A stretch of DNA of 64,000 bases from an uncultured Nitrospiraceae bacterium (GCA_963846575.1 CAWJWJ010000002.1:2240001-2304000), one strand, 5' to 3'. Shown: positions 16,901 through 26,640, numbered from the stretch's first letter. Notes: a model not told the origin generated them from the sequence alone. Translations and numbers: made by a program.

Positions 16901-19682
16901 CGATCTGGTGCGTCAGATGGTCCAGGCCCATGCGTACTGGCGGCTGAAGGGACTCGCCGTGGACCTCGTGATTTGGAACGAAGACCACGCCGGATACCGC
17001 CAGGTCTTACATGACCAGATTATGGGGCTGATTGCAGCCGGGGTCGAAGCTCATGTGATCGATCGCCCCGGGGGAATTTTCGTGCGCACGGCCGAACAGA
17101 TGTCGGTCGAGGACCGCCTGCTGCAACAATCGGTGGCGCGGGCCATCCTCACGGACCGACGAGGCGCGTTGGCGGACCAGCTCGCCCCGATGACGGCCTC
17201 CGCGGCACCGGCCTACCGTTTCAAGCCGACACGCACGCATCGGCCCGATGCGCCGGTGCTTATTGAGGCTCGAGAAGATCTGCTCTTCTACAATGGCCTC
17301 GGCGGGTTCTCTTCCGATGGCCGGGAGTACGTCATCACCACGGGACCGGAGCAGGTAACGCCCGCCCCCTGGGTCAACGTGCTGGCAAACCCCTACTTCG
17401 GCACGGTGGTCTCCGAGCATGGTCTCGCCTACACGTGGGGCGAGAACGCGCATGAATTCCGCCTCACACCCTGGCACAACGATCCGGTCACGGATTCCAG
17501 CGGAGAAGCCTTGTATCTCCGGGATGAAGAGACCGGTCACTTCTGGTCGCCGATGCCAATGCCCACCCGGGGTACCAGCCCCTATGTCAGCCGGCATGGC
17601 TTCGGCTACAGCGTCTTCGAACATTCAGAAAATGGCATCCGCTCCGAGGTGTGGGTCTATGTCGCGCTGGATGCCTCGGTAAAATTTACGGTGCTGAAGC
17701 TGCATAATGAATCCGGCCGCCCCCGACGGTTGTCGGCAACCGGGTATGTGGAGTGGGTGCTGGGTGACCTGCGCCCCAAATCGGTCATGCACGTCGTAAC
17801 AGACATCGATCCCCTTACTGGAGCGTTCTTTGCCCGGAACCATTACAACACGGACTTCCCCGGACGCGTTGCCTTCTTCGACGTCGATGAGGGCACCCGG
17901 AGCATCTCCGGAGACCGGACTGAATTTCTGGGACGGAACGGGACCCTTTCCAATCCGGCCGCAATGGGTCGCTCGCGACTGTCGGGGAAGGTGGGCGCGG
18001 CCCTGGATCCCTGCGGGGCCATCCAGATCCCGTTCGAACTCGCTCAAGGACAAGAGCGTGAGATTATCTTTCGATTGGGAATGGGAAAGGACGCCGATGA
18101 TGCCCGTCAGCTCGTCCGTCGCTTCCGGGGCTCGATGGCAGTTCGTGGGGCACTGGAAACAGTCTGGCACCACTGGACCCATACCCTGGGCGCCGTACAC
18201 GTCGAGACGCCCGATCAGTCCCTCAACGTGCTCGCCAATGGCTGGTTGCTGTATCAAACACTGGCCTGCCGGCTCTGGGCGCGGAGCGGATACTATCAAT
18301 CGGGGGGAGCCTATGGGTTCCGCGATCAGCTGCAAGACGTGATGGCGCTGGTGCATGCCAAGCCACATCTCGCGCGGGAACAACTCCTCCTGTGCGCGAG
18401 CCGGCAGTTCCAGGAGGGAGATGTGCAACATTGGTGGCATCCGCCCTCGAACCGGGGCGTGCGGACGCGCTGTTCAGATGATTTTCTCTGGCTTCCCTTC
18501 GTCACCAGCCGCTACGTCATGACGACCGGAGACACCGGCATCTTGGATGTCCCGATTCCGTTTATCCAAGGCCGCCCGATCAACTCGGACGAGGATTCGT
18601 ATTACGATCTCCCGAGCCGGTCGGAACAATCAGGCACGTTGTATGAACATTGTGTGCGCGCCATTCTCAAGGGTTTGACTCAGGGCGAACACGGTCTCCC
18701 CCTCATCGGCTCCGGCGACTGGAACGACGGGATGAACATGGTCGGTGATCGCGGCCAGGGCGAAAGCGTGTGGTTGGGATTCTTCCTCTACGACGTCCTC
18801 ATGCGATTCGCGGCCGTGGCACGCAGGAAGGATGATGCGCCGTTTGCGGAACGCTGCCAGGCGGAAGCGGATCAGCTGCAGCGGCATATCGAAGCAGAGG
18901 GTTGGGATGGCGAATGGTATCGCCGTGCCTACTTTGATGACGGCTCCCCGCTGGGCTCCTCCAGTAATGAGGAATGCCAAATCGATTCCATTCCACAAAG
19001 TTGGTCTGTGTTATCAGGGGCGGGTGATCCGAGCCGTTCTCGATCAGGGATGGAGGCCGTATACACGCGACTGGTCCGGCAGGACAACGCCTTGATTCAA
19101 CTCTTGGATCCCCCCTTCGATAAGTCGCTGTTGAATCCCGGCTATATCAAGGGGTATGTCCCGGGGGTGCGCGAAAACGGAGGCCAATACACGCATGGCG
19201 CCCTCTGGACCGTGATGGCCTTTGCGGCACTGGGTGACCGCGAGCGCGCCTGGGAGCTTTTCGCCCTGATCAATCCGGTGAACCATGCCCGATCGCCAGA
19301 AAAGGTCGGGGTGTATAAAGTCGAACCCTATGTCGTCGCAGCGGATGTCTATGCCGTGTCACCCCACACAGGTCGCGGCGGATGGACCTGGTACACAGGC
19401 TCAGCCGGCTGGATGTACCGGCTGATCGTGGAGTCACTCCTCGGCCTGAGGCTGGAAGGAGCCCTATTACGATTCGTCCCCTGCCTTCCCCTCGAGTGGA
19501 CGACCTTCAAAGTCCACTACCGATACCGGGATACGGTCTATCACATTACTGTGCGGCAGACTCGCGACCCGGAATCTGCCATGTCGGTGACCGTGGACGG
19601 GACTCATCGTGCTGATTCCGCGATTCCACTGGTTGACGATCGCCGGGAGCATTCGGTTGAGGTGATCATTCCCGGGGGGTGA
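10941..19682 (+). CDS. ndvB: Cyclic beta-1,2-glucan synthase (Cgs/NdvB/ChvB) with C-terminal GH94 domain; start uncertain (10941-11019)
   Basis: EWLLDNFY, WMGYERKRGKL, TLDTDT, SHDLLEG, RWIRGDWQ, PPDNYQ, RTSPTN, SWSGSMFEYLMP, YQSGGAYGFRDQLQD, GDWNDGMN, RENGGQYTH, WYTGSAGW; ~2900 aa. Confidence 0.96.
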   Translation: MTSSSSPLKGISTLKIRNRLREGRLRVTDVLRRSTLSQSDVGHEPPLRSELFSAGQMHQHGKTLAGSHEVSADHEPDQLLSRLAENEAVLMEVRGLVSDAMKGSRRITPAGEWLLDNFYLIEEQIRMAKRHLPKGYSRELPRLAKGPSTGLPRVYDIALEIISHGDGRVDPESLSSFVVAYQTVTALKLGELWAIPIMIRLALIENLRRAGARIASDRVHRNRAYEWAGQMMETAEKDPKSLILVIADMARSNPPMVSAFVAELARRLQGQSAALALPLTWIEQRLSESGLTIEHLVQSETQQQAIDQVSMSNSIGSLRFLAAMDWREFVEAHSVVEQTLHADPAGVYSRMDFATRDRYRHAVERLSKRSPLSEPEVATRAVRLAERRAGETGTDHRDAHVGFYLVDKGQPQLEQAVGMRRSLFDWIGKWSGRGATPVYLGSILLLTAALTGGFLALAAADGWSAWRLALMGFLSALASSQLAVTLVNWLATALVTPNPLPRMDFTEGLPPELRTLVVVPTLLQNAQGVEDLIEALEVRFLANRDRHLHFALLTDLPDAAHETVAEDDQVVRLVQTRIEALNDKYNSEHGETFFLFHRPRRWNAQERAWMGYERKRGKLGDLNALLRGGSEDRFSMVIGKTAILSSVKYVITLDTDTQLPRDSARQFVAAMAHPLNRPRYDLKAQRVTEGYGILQPRVAVSLPGTNRSRYARLNASEPGIDPYTRAVSDVYQDVFGEGSFIGKGIYEVEAFERALHNRFPENRILSHDLLEGSYARAGFLSDVQLYEEYPARYRSDVARRYRWIRGDWQIARWAFPQVPGANGRTQNNPLSTLARWKIFDNLRRSLVPAAMLSLFLLGWTVLSPVWLWSLSALSLLLIAPLMAAFGDLFRKPEDVRLDQHLTSTARATTQQLTHAMLTLMCLPYEAYYSLGAILRTAGRIWLTRTRLLEWSPSSTVHGTATGLIGEYRSMWVSPGLALGTAAYLLLSRPDALLVAGPVLILWGTSPLFTWWISRPIARYEAKLTADHTLFLRKMARKTWGFFETYVGPDDHWLPPDNYQEHPVPRVAHRTSPTNMGLALLANLSAYDFGYLSTGRLLERTKQAFDSMARLERYRGHFYNWYDTQSLKPLLPMYISSVDSGNLAGHVLTLRSGLLTIPDHAILSHRVFDGLRDTLTIWNDALGEAGDLPLGRLSTELTAASLDSSATLTAAHRSLDGLATLAAEAASRLDTTADGNARRWAHAFEQQCRGALTDLTVLAPWIGLPDSPRTLSSFPELDQIPTLRRLTELESEWLPAIEQRLGPDTTEPDRDWLAGLQRHLNDAGQRAGERITSLNHLAWRSGQFARMEFDFLFDGTRFLLSIGYSVTDRRRDVSYYDLLASEARLCSFVAIAQGQLPQESWFALGRLLTTTGGDPILMSWSGSMFEYLMPLLVMPTYQHTLLDQTYQAAVARQIEYGRERGIPWGVSESGYNMVDVHLNYQYRAFGVPGLGLKRGLGEELVITPYATALALMVAPEEACLNLQRLAAEGAEGPFGLYEAIDYTPSRLPRGQSSAVVRSYMAHHVGMSFLSLAYVILDRPMQRRFEAEPLFQATMLLLQERIPKATAFYAHSAELSDLRPASGVSETPVRILTTPNTPVPEVQLLSNGRYHVMVTNTGGGYSRWKDLAVTRWREDSTCDNWGTFCYIRDVESGEFWSMAYQPTLKPSKTYEVIFSEGRAEYRRHDHEIETHAEIVVSPEDDIELRRIRLTNCSGTRRTIDLTSYAEVLLALPAADALHPAFSNLFVQTEIVPERQAILATRRPRSLNEQAPWAFHLMAVRGPHSGEISYETDRMQFIGRARTLASPQAMDRSALSGSQGSVLDPVVSIRCQIVLDPEESVTVDLVSGIGETRDICLRLVDKYQDRHLADRVFELAWTHSQVVLRQLNATEADAQLYGRLAGSILYANASLRAEASLLSKNRRGQSGLWGYAISGDLPIVLLQIGDPSNIDLVRQMVQAHAYWRLKGLAVDLVIWNEDHAGYRQVLHDQIMGLIAAGVEAHVIDRPGGIFVRTAEQMSVEDRLLQQSVARAILTDRRGALADQLAPMTASAAPAYRFKPTRTHRPDAPVLIEAREDLLFYNGLGGFSSDGREYVITTGPEQVTPAPWVNVLANPYFGTVVSEHGLAYTWGENAHEFRLTPWHNDPVTDSSGEALYLRDEETGHFWSPMPMPTRGTSPYVSRHGFGYSVFEHSENGIRSEVWVYVALDASVKFTVLKLHNESGRPRRLSATGYVEWVLGDLRPKSVMHVVTDIDPLTGAFFARNHYNTDFPGRVAFFDVDEGTRSISGDRTEFLGRNGTLSNPAAMGRSRLSGKVGAALDPCGAIQIPFELAQGQEREIIFRLGMGKDADDARQLVRRFRGSMAVRGALETVWHHWTHTLGAVHVETPDQSLNVLANGWLLYQTLACRLWARSGYYQSGGAYGFRDQLQDVMALVHAKPHLAREQLLLCASRQFQEGDVQHWWHPPSNRGVRTRCSDDFLWLPFVTSRYVMTTGDTGILDVPIPFIQGRPINSDEDSYYDLPSRSEQSGTLYEHCVRAILKGLTQGEHGLPLIGSGDWNDGMNMVGDRGQGESVWLGFFLYDVLMRFAAVARRKDDAPFAERCQAEADQLQRHIEAEGWDGEWYRRAYFDDGSPLGSSSNEECQIDSIPQSWSVLSGAGDPSRSRSGMEAVYTRLVRQDNALIQLLDPPFDKSLLNPGYIKGYVPGVRENGGQYTHGALWTVMAFAALGDRERAWELFALINPVNHARSPEKVGVYKVEPYVVAADVYAVSPHTGRGGWTWYTGSAGWMYRLIVESLLGLRLEGALLRFVPCLPLEWTTFKVHYRYRDTVYHITVRQTRDPESAMSVTVDGTHRADSAIPLVDDRREHSVEVIIPGG

Positions 19683-19803
19683 GGCAGCCGGTCGCCCATG
19701 CAGACCTCGGCATTGCAGGCCGGTGTCTGCACATATCGGCAGACCGTGACACTCAATCCCCTCGGCTTCCGGCCTCAGGGGCAACCATGTTCAGGATGCG
19801 CCC

Positions 19804-20583
19804 ATGCTGATTGACACGCACACGCATCTCGACGATGCCCGCTACGAACCGGACCGCGATATGATGCTCGCCCGTGCGCGGGAGGCCGGCGTGGAAACCA
19901 TGATCACCATCGGGTGTGACCTCGTTACCAGTCGATCCGCCGTGGCCATTGCCGATCGCTATCCCTTCGTGTACGCCTCCGTCGGCGTGCATCCCCACGA
20001 GGTCAAACACGTCGAAGCCACCTGGTACGACGAGCTCCGGCAATTGTCGCAACACAAGAAGGTAGTGGCCTATGGCGAGATCGGTCTCGACTACCACTAC
20101 AACCATTCTTCGCCAGAGGAGCAACGCCAGCGCTTCCGCGAACAGATTCAGCTGGCTCGTGAGTTGGGCCTGCCGGTCATTATCCACACCAGAGACGCGC
20201 AGGACGATACCGTTCGTATCCTCAAGGAGGAACGTGCGTCCGAAGTCGGAGGCGTATTTCACTGTTTTTCAGGAGATGCCTGGCTGGCGAAGGATGCGTT
20301 GGATTTGGGATTCTATCTGTCGTTTTCAGGCATCCTGACGTTTCAGAATGCGACCATGCTCCGAGAGATTGCCAAGACCGTTCCGGCAGACCGTCTCTTG
20401 ATCGAAACGGATTGTCCCTACCTGACTCCGATTCCCCATCGCGGGAAGCGGAATGAACCGGCTTATGTCACGCATGTGGCCGCACTGCTGGCCGTCATCA
20501 AGTCGGATGACGGCATCCGGACCGCAGAAGACGTGGGTCGCATCACCAGCGAGAATGCGCGCCGGCTGTTTAAAATTCCCTGA
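19804..20583 (+). CDS. tatD: TatD-family nuclease
   Basis: DTHTH, GVHPH, GEIGLDY, IHTR, HCFSG, ETDCPY. Confidence 0.95.
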   Translation: MLIDTHTHLDDARYEPDRDMMLARAREAGVETMITIGCDLVTSRSAVAIADRYPFVYASVGVHPHEVKHVEATWYDELRQLSQHKKVVAYGEIGLDYHYNHSSPEEQRQRFREQIQLARELGLPVIIHTRDAQDDTVRILKEERASEVGGVFHCFSGDAWLAKDALDLGFYLSFSGILTFQNATMLREIAKTVPADRLLIETDCPYLTPIPHRGKRNEPAYVTHVAALLAVIKSDDGIRTAEDVGRITSENARRLFKIP

Positions 20584-21103
20584 GCTGATGTGTTCGTTTG
20601 CGTTGCGACTTGGGTAGCTTGCGGGGGTTTCCGCCCTTGTCCTTGGACCGCTTCACAAGATCGGCATCGCCCCCATCCAACTCCTTGAAGGCCTGCGCCG
20701 GCGCGCCGGAGGACCGATCCTGCAGCTTGGCACGAAATTCCGCCGCCCCCAGAACGAACGCCCCGGCCGCTCTGGCCACGTTGACCACTTCATGATCCGA
20801 GGACACGACCGCGCAGTCCTTTCCGTAGGCACGAGCCAACCGTTGAATGACCTGGTCGGCTCGTTCGCCGCGCTTCGAATAGACGACTTCGATGCCGGAC
20901 TGGTGCTCATGGTGTTCGGCCCCCGAGCCGCCCTGCCACCCGTCGAAGACAAGGGTAATGGCGTGACCTTTTCTTTGGCGGTACCCGGCCAGCCGTTGTA
21001 GCAGCGCCTCACGCGCTGCCTCGAGGCGGCCGCTGACCGGCGATCCCGCCATCCCGGCGCTGCCTAAAAGGTTATATCCATCGACAAGGAGATGCGTTGC
21101 CAT
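20570..21103 (-). CDS. NYN-domain protein, YacP/Rae1-like ribonuclease
   Basis: LLVDGYNL, LVFDG, YS..GE.AD..I, VVSSD; basic C-terminal tail. Confidence 0.85.
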   Translation of the reverse strand: MATHLLVDGYNLLGSAGMAGSPVSGRLEAAREALLQRLAGYRQRKGHAITLVFDGWQGGSGAEHHEHQSGIEVVYSKRGERADQVIQRLARAYGKDCAVVSSDHEVVNVARAAGAFVLGAAEFRAKLQDRSSGAPAQAFKELDGGDADLVKRSKDKGGNPRKLPKSQRKRTHQLREF

Positions 21104-21196
21104 CTAAAATTACATCGTATAAGGCCTTGGGTTGACAATATCACAAACATTTGAGAAAAGGCCTGAGAGACTCCCTGTCGAGAGGAATGCCGGTTC

Positions 21197-22525
21197 GTGA
21201 ATTCTGCTGTCCGTTTTACACGCAGTCTTTTCGCTCTCACCCTGCTGTGGCTGTGCCTCGGCGCCATCGCCCTGTCCAACGCGGAGATTCAGACCGCACC
21301 CTCATGGCCGCAGATTCCTCAATGGGGGGGCGAAGAACCCGTTCCGCGCTTTCTTGCGGCGAAAAAAGACAGCACGGGAAAATCCCGGTACCCGGCCATC
21401 GTCCGCGATCTTCGATCCTGGTCGACCGCCGAGGGGACCAGACTCGTCCTGGATCTCAACCACAAAGTTTCCTTCGCTGAAACGCACTTACGCAATCCGG
21501 ACCGGGTCGTCATCGAGGTCAGTAATGCCATCCTGGGAAAATCCTCCCGTTTGCGCGTGTCCGGAGGGACCGTTCCGCCCTCGTTTCAAGTGGCACAGAA
21601 GCGCTCACGCACGGTCACGATCACGCTGTCGAGAACTCCAGGCTCTCAATACAAGGTGTATCCGCTGACCAACCCGGATCGTCTGGTGATCGATCTGCAC
21701 CAGCGGCCGAAGGATCAGATGAAACAGATCGGTGAGACCTCGGCGACGTCGCCCTCGGCTCCTCTCACCGCATTGCCGGCCCCTCCGTCCATTCCACGGC
21801 CGACCGTCACGGAGCCAGTTCGTCCCATTGTCCCGAAACCCGCCAGTCCGACCAGGACGATTGTGATCGATCCGGGACACGGAGGGAAAGATCCCGGCAC
21901 CATCGGCCACCAGGGCACGACTGAAAAAGACGTCACGTTAAAGGTCGGGCTGCTGCTCAAGACCTTGCTCGGCACGTTACCGAATACCCGCGTGCTCATG
22001 ACGCGGGAAAACGACAGCTTCATCGAGTTGGAGGACCGGGCGAAATTTGCCAATGGCAAAGAGGCCGACCTGTTCGTCTCCATTCACGTCAACTCTCATC
22101 CTCACAAGGGTGTCCGCGGTCTGGAGATTTATCACTTCGGGGAAGCCAAGGATCAACGCGCCCTGGAGGTTGCCGCGCGTGAAAACGGCACACCGCTCAA
22201 CAATACCGGCGTGGGATGGGAATATCTGGTGGCCGATCTGCTGACCTCGAAAAAGATCGAACATTCCCTTGAACTGGCCTGGACGGCCAAGCAGGCGATG
22301 GTGACCAACCTCAACGGCCGCTATAGCACCATCGATCACGGCGTGAAGACGGCCCCCTTCTACGTGTTGCGATTTACCACCATGCCCAGCATTCTCGCCG
22401 AAATCGCATTCATGTCGAACCCGGCTGAAGAATCGCAGATGCGGACACAACCGTTTCTTGCGCATATTGCCGAATCGATTTTCGAAGGCGTGAAGACCTA
22501 TCTCGAGTCGACTCCCCCCAGGTGA
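21197..22525 (+). CDS. N-acetylmuramoyl-L-alanine amidase with AMIN domain (AmiC-like)
   Basis: LRNPDRVVIE/LTNPDRLVID AMIN signature, Pro-rich linker, IDPGHGGKDPG, TEK, SIHVNS, PSILAEIAFMSN. Confidence 0.93.
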   Translation: MNSAVRFTRSLFALTLLWLCLGAIALSNAEIQTAPSWPQIPQWGGEEPVPRFLAAKKDSTGKSRYPAIVRDLRSWSTAEGTRLVLDLNHKVSFAETHLRNPDRVVIEVSNAILGKSSRLRVSGGTVPPSFQVAQKRSRTVTITLSRTPGSQYKVYPLTNPDRLVIDLHQRPKDQMKQIGETSATSPSAPLTALPAPPSIPRPTVTEPVRPIVPKPASPTRTIVIDPGHGGKDPGTIGHQGTTEKDVTLKVGLLLKTLLGTLPNTRVLMTRENDSFIELEDRAKFANGKEADLFVSIHVNSHPHKGVRGLEIYHFGEAKDQRALEVAARENGTPLNNTGVGWEYLVADLLTSKKIEHSLELAWTAKQAMVTNLNGRYSTIDHGVKTAPFYVLRFTTMPSILAEIAFMSNPAEESQMRTQPFLAHIAESIFEGVKTYLESTPPR

Positions 22526-22566
22526 CAGATCGTCGCGATTCGGGCTACCGTCCACACTTTCCGGGT

Positions 22567-23340
22567 ATGACTACATTTAAGATCGTCATCGAATATGACG
22601 GGACGCAGTACGCCGGCTGGCAGCGCCAACTGGACCTGCCGACTATCCAGGGGACGGTGGAGGAAGCCCTGGCGGCGATTTCCCGGACCCGTATCACGCT
22701 GGTCGGCGCCGGCCGCACCGATGCCGGCGTACATGCCCTCGGCCAGGTCGCCAGCTTCAGAACCGATCGCGGTCTGTCCGGAAGGGAATGGTGTCGCGCC
22801 CTGAACGCCCACCTCCCTGCTGACATCAGCGCCCTGACGGTCGAACAGGTGCCCGATACCTTCCATGCGCGCTATTCGGCAATAGGCAAATTATACGAGT
22901 ATCGTCTGCTGAATCGCTCGGAACGCGCGCCTCTCCAGCGGGAACGGGCCTGGATGCTCTACAAACCGCTCGACTTCCCAGCCATGACCGAGGCCGCGGC
23001 CCACTTGACCGGTGAACAGGACTTTTCGTCATTTGAAACCGCACCGACCGACAACGAGAATCCACGCTGCCGGTTGGAACAGTCGGACCTCAGGCGAGAG
23101 GGTCATCTCATCGTGTTCGCCTTCTATGCCGATCGATTTCTCAAACAGATGGTCCGCTCGATGGTGGGAACTCTCGTAGAGGTGGGGCAGGGAAAACGAA
23201 AGGCCGCCGACATGCCCGCCGTGCTCGGCGCACGATCCCGCGCGGCGGCGGGAAGAACCGCCCCGGCGCATGGTCTTTATCTGGTCAGAGTCGATTACGG
23301 CCCGGCATTGGATCGCTGCACGGAGCCCTCTCCCGAATGA
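22567..23340 (+). CDS. truA: tRNA pseudouridine(38-40) synthase
   Basis: EYDGTQYAGWQRQ, GAGRTDAGVHA, FHARYSA, FLKQMVRSMVG, TAPAHGLYL. Confidence 0.96.
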   Translation: MTTFKIVIEYDGTQYAGWQRQLDLPTIQGTVEEALAAISRTRITLVGAGRTDAGVHALGQVASFRTDRGLSGREWCRALNAHLPADISALTVEQVPDTFHARYSAIGKLYEYRLLNRSERAPLQRERAWMLYKPLDFPAMTEAAAHLTGEQDFSSFETAPTDNENPRCRLEQSDLRREGHLIVFAFYADRFLKQMVRSMVGTLVEVGQGKRKAADMPAVLGARSRAAAGRTAPAHGLYLVRVDYGPALDRCTEPSPE

Positions 23341-23583
23341 CCACATGCGACACCGGGTTTTGACCCGCGCGATGACCGGGTAATGTCCCCCTCCCGCCGC
23401 CAACGCCTGCGAGACGGCCTGCCCTGTGCCAAACCAGCTCAGCCTCCTACCGGCGCAGCGCGGCCTCAGCTTCGGGTATACCGCGGCCGGGCGGTCATTC
23501 AGCGTTGATCGGAATTCTTCCGGGGTGCGACGCTGGTCCCGGCACCATGAGGGGAGCAGGATCCGTGTAGTGCGGGCCCGATG

Positions 23584-24234
23584 TTATCGAGAACTGTCGG
23601 AGTCTTGATTCTCGAGCTTCTTTCGGAGTTCGATGAGTTCCAGTTCGAGCGCGGAGAATCGATCGGCGATCGGGTCCGGCATATTCGTATGGTCCATGGT
23701 CGCATCCGGGAGACGCTCGCCATGCGTTTTGATGATCCGGGCAGGCACTCCGATAACCGTGGAGTTGGGGGGGACCGATTTTAGCACGACGGAGTTCGCG
23801 CCGATTTTGACATTGTCGCCGATGGTGATCCCGCCGAGGATTTTGGCTCCTGCCCCCACCACGACGTGGTTGCCGAGGGTCGGATGGCGCTTGCCGCGCT
23901 CTTTGCCGGTCCCTCCGAGAGTGACACCCTGAAATAAGGTGACATGGTCGCCGACTTCCGCGGTCTCTCCGATCACCACACCCATCCCATGGTCGATGAA
24001 AAATCGTGCGCCGATTTTTGCTGACGGATGAATCTCAATCCCCGTCAGCCACCGAGCCAGTTGCGAAATCGCCCGTGGCAACAACGGTATCTGCCGCCCT
24101 TTCAGCCAGTGGGCGAGACGGTAGGCCAGCAGCGCGTGAAATCCCGCATAGGTGAGAATGACTTCGAGCCTGCTGGTCGCAGCCGGGTCACGGTCGAAAA
24201 TTGCTTGAAGGTCCTGAGAGATCGTTTTAAACAT
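23584..24234 (-). CDS. cysE: Serine O-acetyltransferase
   Basis: [40 protein letters not shown]. Confidence 0.96.
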   Translation of the reverse strand: MFKTISQDLQAIFDRDPAATSRLEVILTYAGFHALLAYRLAHWLKGRQIPLLPRAISQLARWLTGIEIHPSAKIGARFFIDHGMGVVIGETAEVGDHVTLFQGVTLGGTGKERGKRHPTLGNHVVVGAGAKILGGITIGDNVKIGANSVVLKSVPPNSTVIGVPARIIKTHGERLPDATMDHTNMPDPIADRFSALELELIELRKKLENQDSDSSR

Positions 24235-24272
24235 CCATGCCACCACGGTTGATGGTCGCCGAATCTCGTCAC

Positions 24273-24755
24273 TCAGAGCCGCTCGATCAGACAGACCGCC
24301 TGAGCGGCGACGGCTTCTTCCCGCCCCACCGCATCAAGGCCTTCGCCGCTCTTCACCTTGACATTCACCAGGTCCGGATCCACCTGAAGGACTCCGGCGA
24401 TAATTTTTTGCATGGCCGCCAGGTGCGGGCTCAGCCGGGGCGCCTGAGCAATAATTGTACTATCCACGTTCGCGAGACGATACCCCTTCGCGCGCAACTT
24501 CACGACCACATCTTCCAGCAGCTTCAAGCTCGAAATATTCTTGAACCGCTGATCCGAACTCGGGTAGTGGCGACCGAGATCGCCCTCGCCCATCGCTCCC
24601 AGCAGGGCATCGCAGATCGCATGCACGAGCGCATCGGAATCCGAGTGCCCCTGGAGTCCTTTGCTGTGTGGAATCTCCAGCCCGCCCAGAATCAATTTAC
24701 GCCCCACCACCAGAGGATGAATATCCCATCCGCACCCTACCCGTACAGCCGTCAT
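24273..24755 (-). CDS. ispF: 2-C-methyl-D-erythritol 2,4-cyclodiphosphate synthase
   Basis: RVG.G.DIH, LILGG, GHSDSD..HA..DALLGA, GDLG. Confidence 0.96.
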   Translation of the reverse strand: MTAVRVGCGWDIHPLVVGRKLILGGLEIPHSKGLQGHSDSDALVHAICDALLGAMGEGDLGRHYPSSDQRFKNISSLKLLEDVVVKLRAKGYRLANVDSTIIAQAPRLSPHLAAMQKIIAGVLQVDPDLVNVKVKSGEGLDAVGREEAVAAQAVCLIERL

Positions 24756-25507
24756 TCTGTGCTCCTCACCGCCGTTCGTGACTGGAGAATCGCCTCTCCG
24801 ATCACGAGATCTTCCGGCCTCGTCACCTTGATGTTTTCACCGCTCCCCTCGACGACCACGACCGATTTCCCGATCTGCTCCACCAGATCCGAGTCATCGG
24901 TCGCATGGATCCCGTCCAACAGGGCCCTGCGATGTCCTTCTGCCAGCCATGCGCGACGGAATGCCTGCGGCGTTTGCGCCAGCCACAACGGCCGGCGATC
25001 CATGGTCCGCTCAATAAGGCCGTCCGCTCCCACGTACTTCACCGTGTCCCGCATCGGCAGCGCGATGATAGCCGCCCCGTGTTCCACTGCAGCATCGACG
25101 ACCTTTTGAATCATGTCCACAGTCAGAAACGGCCGGACCGCGTCATGGACGAGCACGATCTCCGTCTCCTCGCCCACCTCCGCCAATGCGTGACGGACTG
25201 AATCCTGACGCTGCGCTCCTCCGGAAACAATTTTTGTCACCTTGCCGAATTCGCCCGTTGCCAGGATGTGGTCCAGGCAATACTGTCGCTCAGCCTGTGG
25301 TACAGCGAGGATAATCTCGTGAATGACCGGAGAAGCTTGGAGAATGCGGAGAGACTGCACGAGAATCGGCCGGCCCCCCAATGAGAGAAACTGTTTCGGA
25401 ACAGTTCCCCCCATCCGAAGTCCACGTCCTGCCGCCGGCACGAGGGCGACCGTCCTCGGTCCTGTCGTCACCGGCGTCTTCTCACGCGAAGGCACGAACG
25501 AACTCAC
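24752..25507 (-). CDS. ispD: 2-C-methyl-D-erythritol 4-phosphate cytidylyltransferase
   Basis: PAAGRGLRMG..PKQF, GG..RQDSV, VHDAVRP, QTPQAF, TDD, NIKVT.PEDL. Confidence 0.96.
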   Translation of the reverse strand: MSSFVPSREKTPVTTGPRTVALVPAAGRGLRMGGTVPKQFLSLGGRPILVQSLRILQASPVIHEIILAVPQAERQYCLDHILATGEFGKVTKIVSGGAQRQDSVRHALAEVGEETEIVLVHDAVRPFLTVDMIQKVVDAAVEHGAAIIALPMRDTVKYVGADGLIERTMDRRPLWLAQTPQAFRRAWLAEGHRRALLDGIHATDDSDLVEQIGKSVVVVEGSGENIKVTRPEDLVIGEAILQSRTAVRSTE

Positions 25508-25614
25508 AATCAGCGGGCGAGCCTCCCGCGGAGCCGATGCGGATGCTCATGCATGACGCCGCGTCCACACGACCCGCGAATCGGCTACCCCATCCGTGGT
25601 TCGCAGGTATCTGC

Positions 25615-26640
25615 CTATACACGCGCGACCTGATATTCTTCGCGCTCTGTGTCTTCCTTCAGACGGGTGAAGATCATGCGCCCCGCCGTCGTTTGCAGGA
25701 CACTGGTCACGGTCACATCCACATTGCGGCCGATACAACGGCGGGCATTGTCCACCACGATCATCGTACCGTCATCCAGGTAGGCCACTCCCTGACCCGC
25801 TTCTTTGCCTTCCTTCAAGACAAAGACCCGGATGGTTTCGCCCGGCAACACGACCGGTCTCAGGGCATTGCACAACTCATTGATGTTCAACACCCGCACA
25901 CCCTGCAGTTCGGCAACCTTATTCAGATTCAAATCGTTGGTAATGATGCGGCCTCCCACCTTCTTGGCCAAAACCACCAGCTTGGCGTCTACTTCCTTCA
26001 CATGGGGGAAATCTTCTTCGACGATACGGACATCGACATCGGTCATTTTCTGGATCTTATTCAATATGTCCAGCCCTCGCCGACCGCGCGCTCGTTTGAG
26101 CGAATCGGATGAATCCGCAATGTGCTGCAATTCATTCAGGATAAAATGGGGAACGAGAAATGGACCTTCAAGAAACCCCGTCTCGCAGAGATCGGCTACT
26201 CGGCCATCGATAATCACACTCGTGTCCAAAACCTTGATGCTCGCGTTTGAGGCCCGTGCCCCAGGCGGCCCGGCATGCAGACCGGGAAACTGCTCATAGC
26301 CGAACCGGGCACCCACGACCAAGCCCAGATACGGCAATCCCAGAAGGACCACCAGCCCGCCTATATGAAACAGGAACGTTTCCACATCGAAGACTGCGCT
26401 GCCTACCCACTCCACGAGGCCAGTCAGCACAAGGCCTCCGGCCAGACCGGCGGCACCACCGACGATAATGCCGAATGATAGTCTCCTGAGCGCGTACTCT
26501 CCTGCGATAATAAGGCCGCCTGCACCGGCCCCCATCCCCAATCCCATTAGAAGGAACTCGCGACTCGGATCCTGGGCCCGCAGAAACAGGGCCATGCCGG
26601 CAAGAGCGCTGAGAAGAACAAATATGGCCCGTGCTACCAT
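25615..26640 (-). CDS. PIN/TRAM domain membrane protein (YacL-like)
   Basis: N-terminal TMs, [54 protein letters not shown]. Confidence 0.93.
   Translation of the reverse strand: MVARAIFVLLSALAGMALFLRAQDPSREFLLMGLGMGAGAGGLIIAGEYALRRLSFGIIVGGAAGLAGGLVLTGLVEWVGSAVFDVETFLFHIGGLVVLLGLPYLGLVVGARFGYEQFPGLHAGPPGARASNASIKVLDTSVIIDGRVADLCETGFLEGPFLVPHFILNELQHIADSSDSLKRARGRRGLDILNKIQKMTDVDVRIVEEDFPHVKEVDAKLVVLAKKVGGRIITNDLNLNKVAELQGVRVLNINELCNALRPVVLPGETIRVFVLKEGKEAGQGVAYLDDGTMIVVDNARRCIGRNVDVTVTSVLQTTAGRMIFTRLKEDTEREEYQVARV

Noticed and set aside
19699..19731. Imperfect hairpin after the glucan synthase
   Set aside because: Lacks a poly-U tail; function unsupported
23341..23583. Gap between convergent truA and cysE as a possible cysS remnant or RNA gene
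   Set aside because: No cysS-like translation or tRNA-like structure seen
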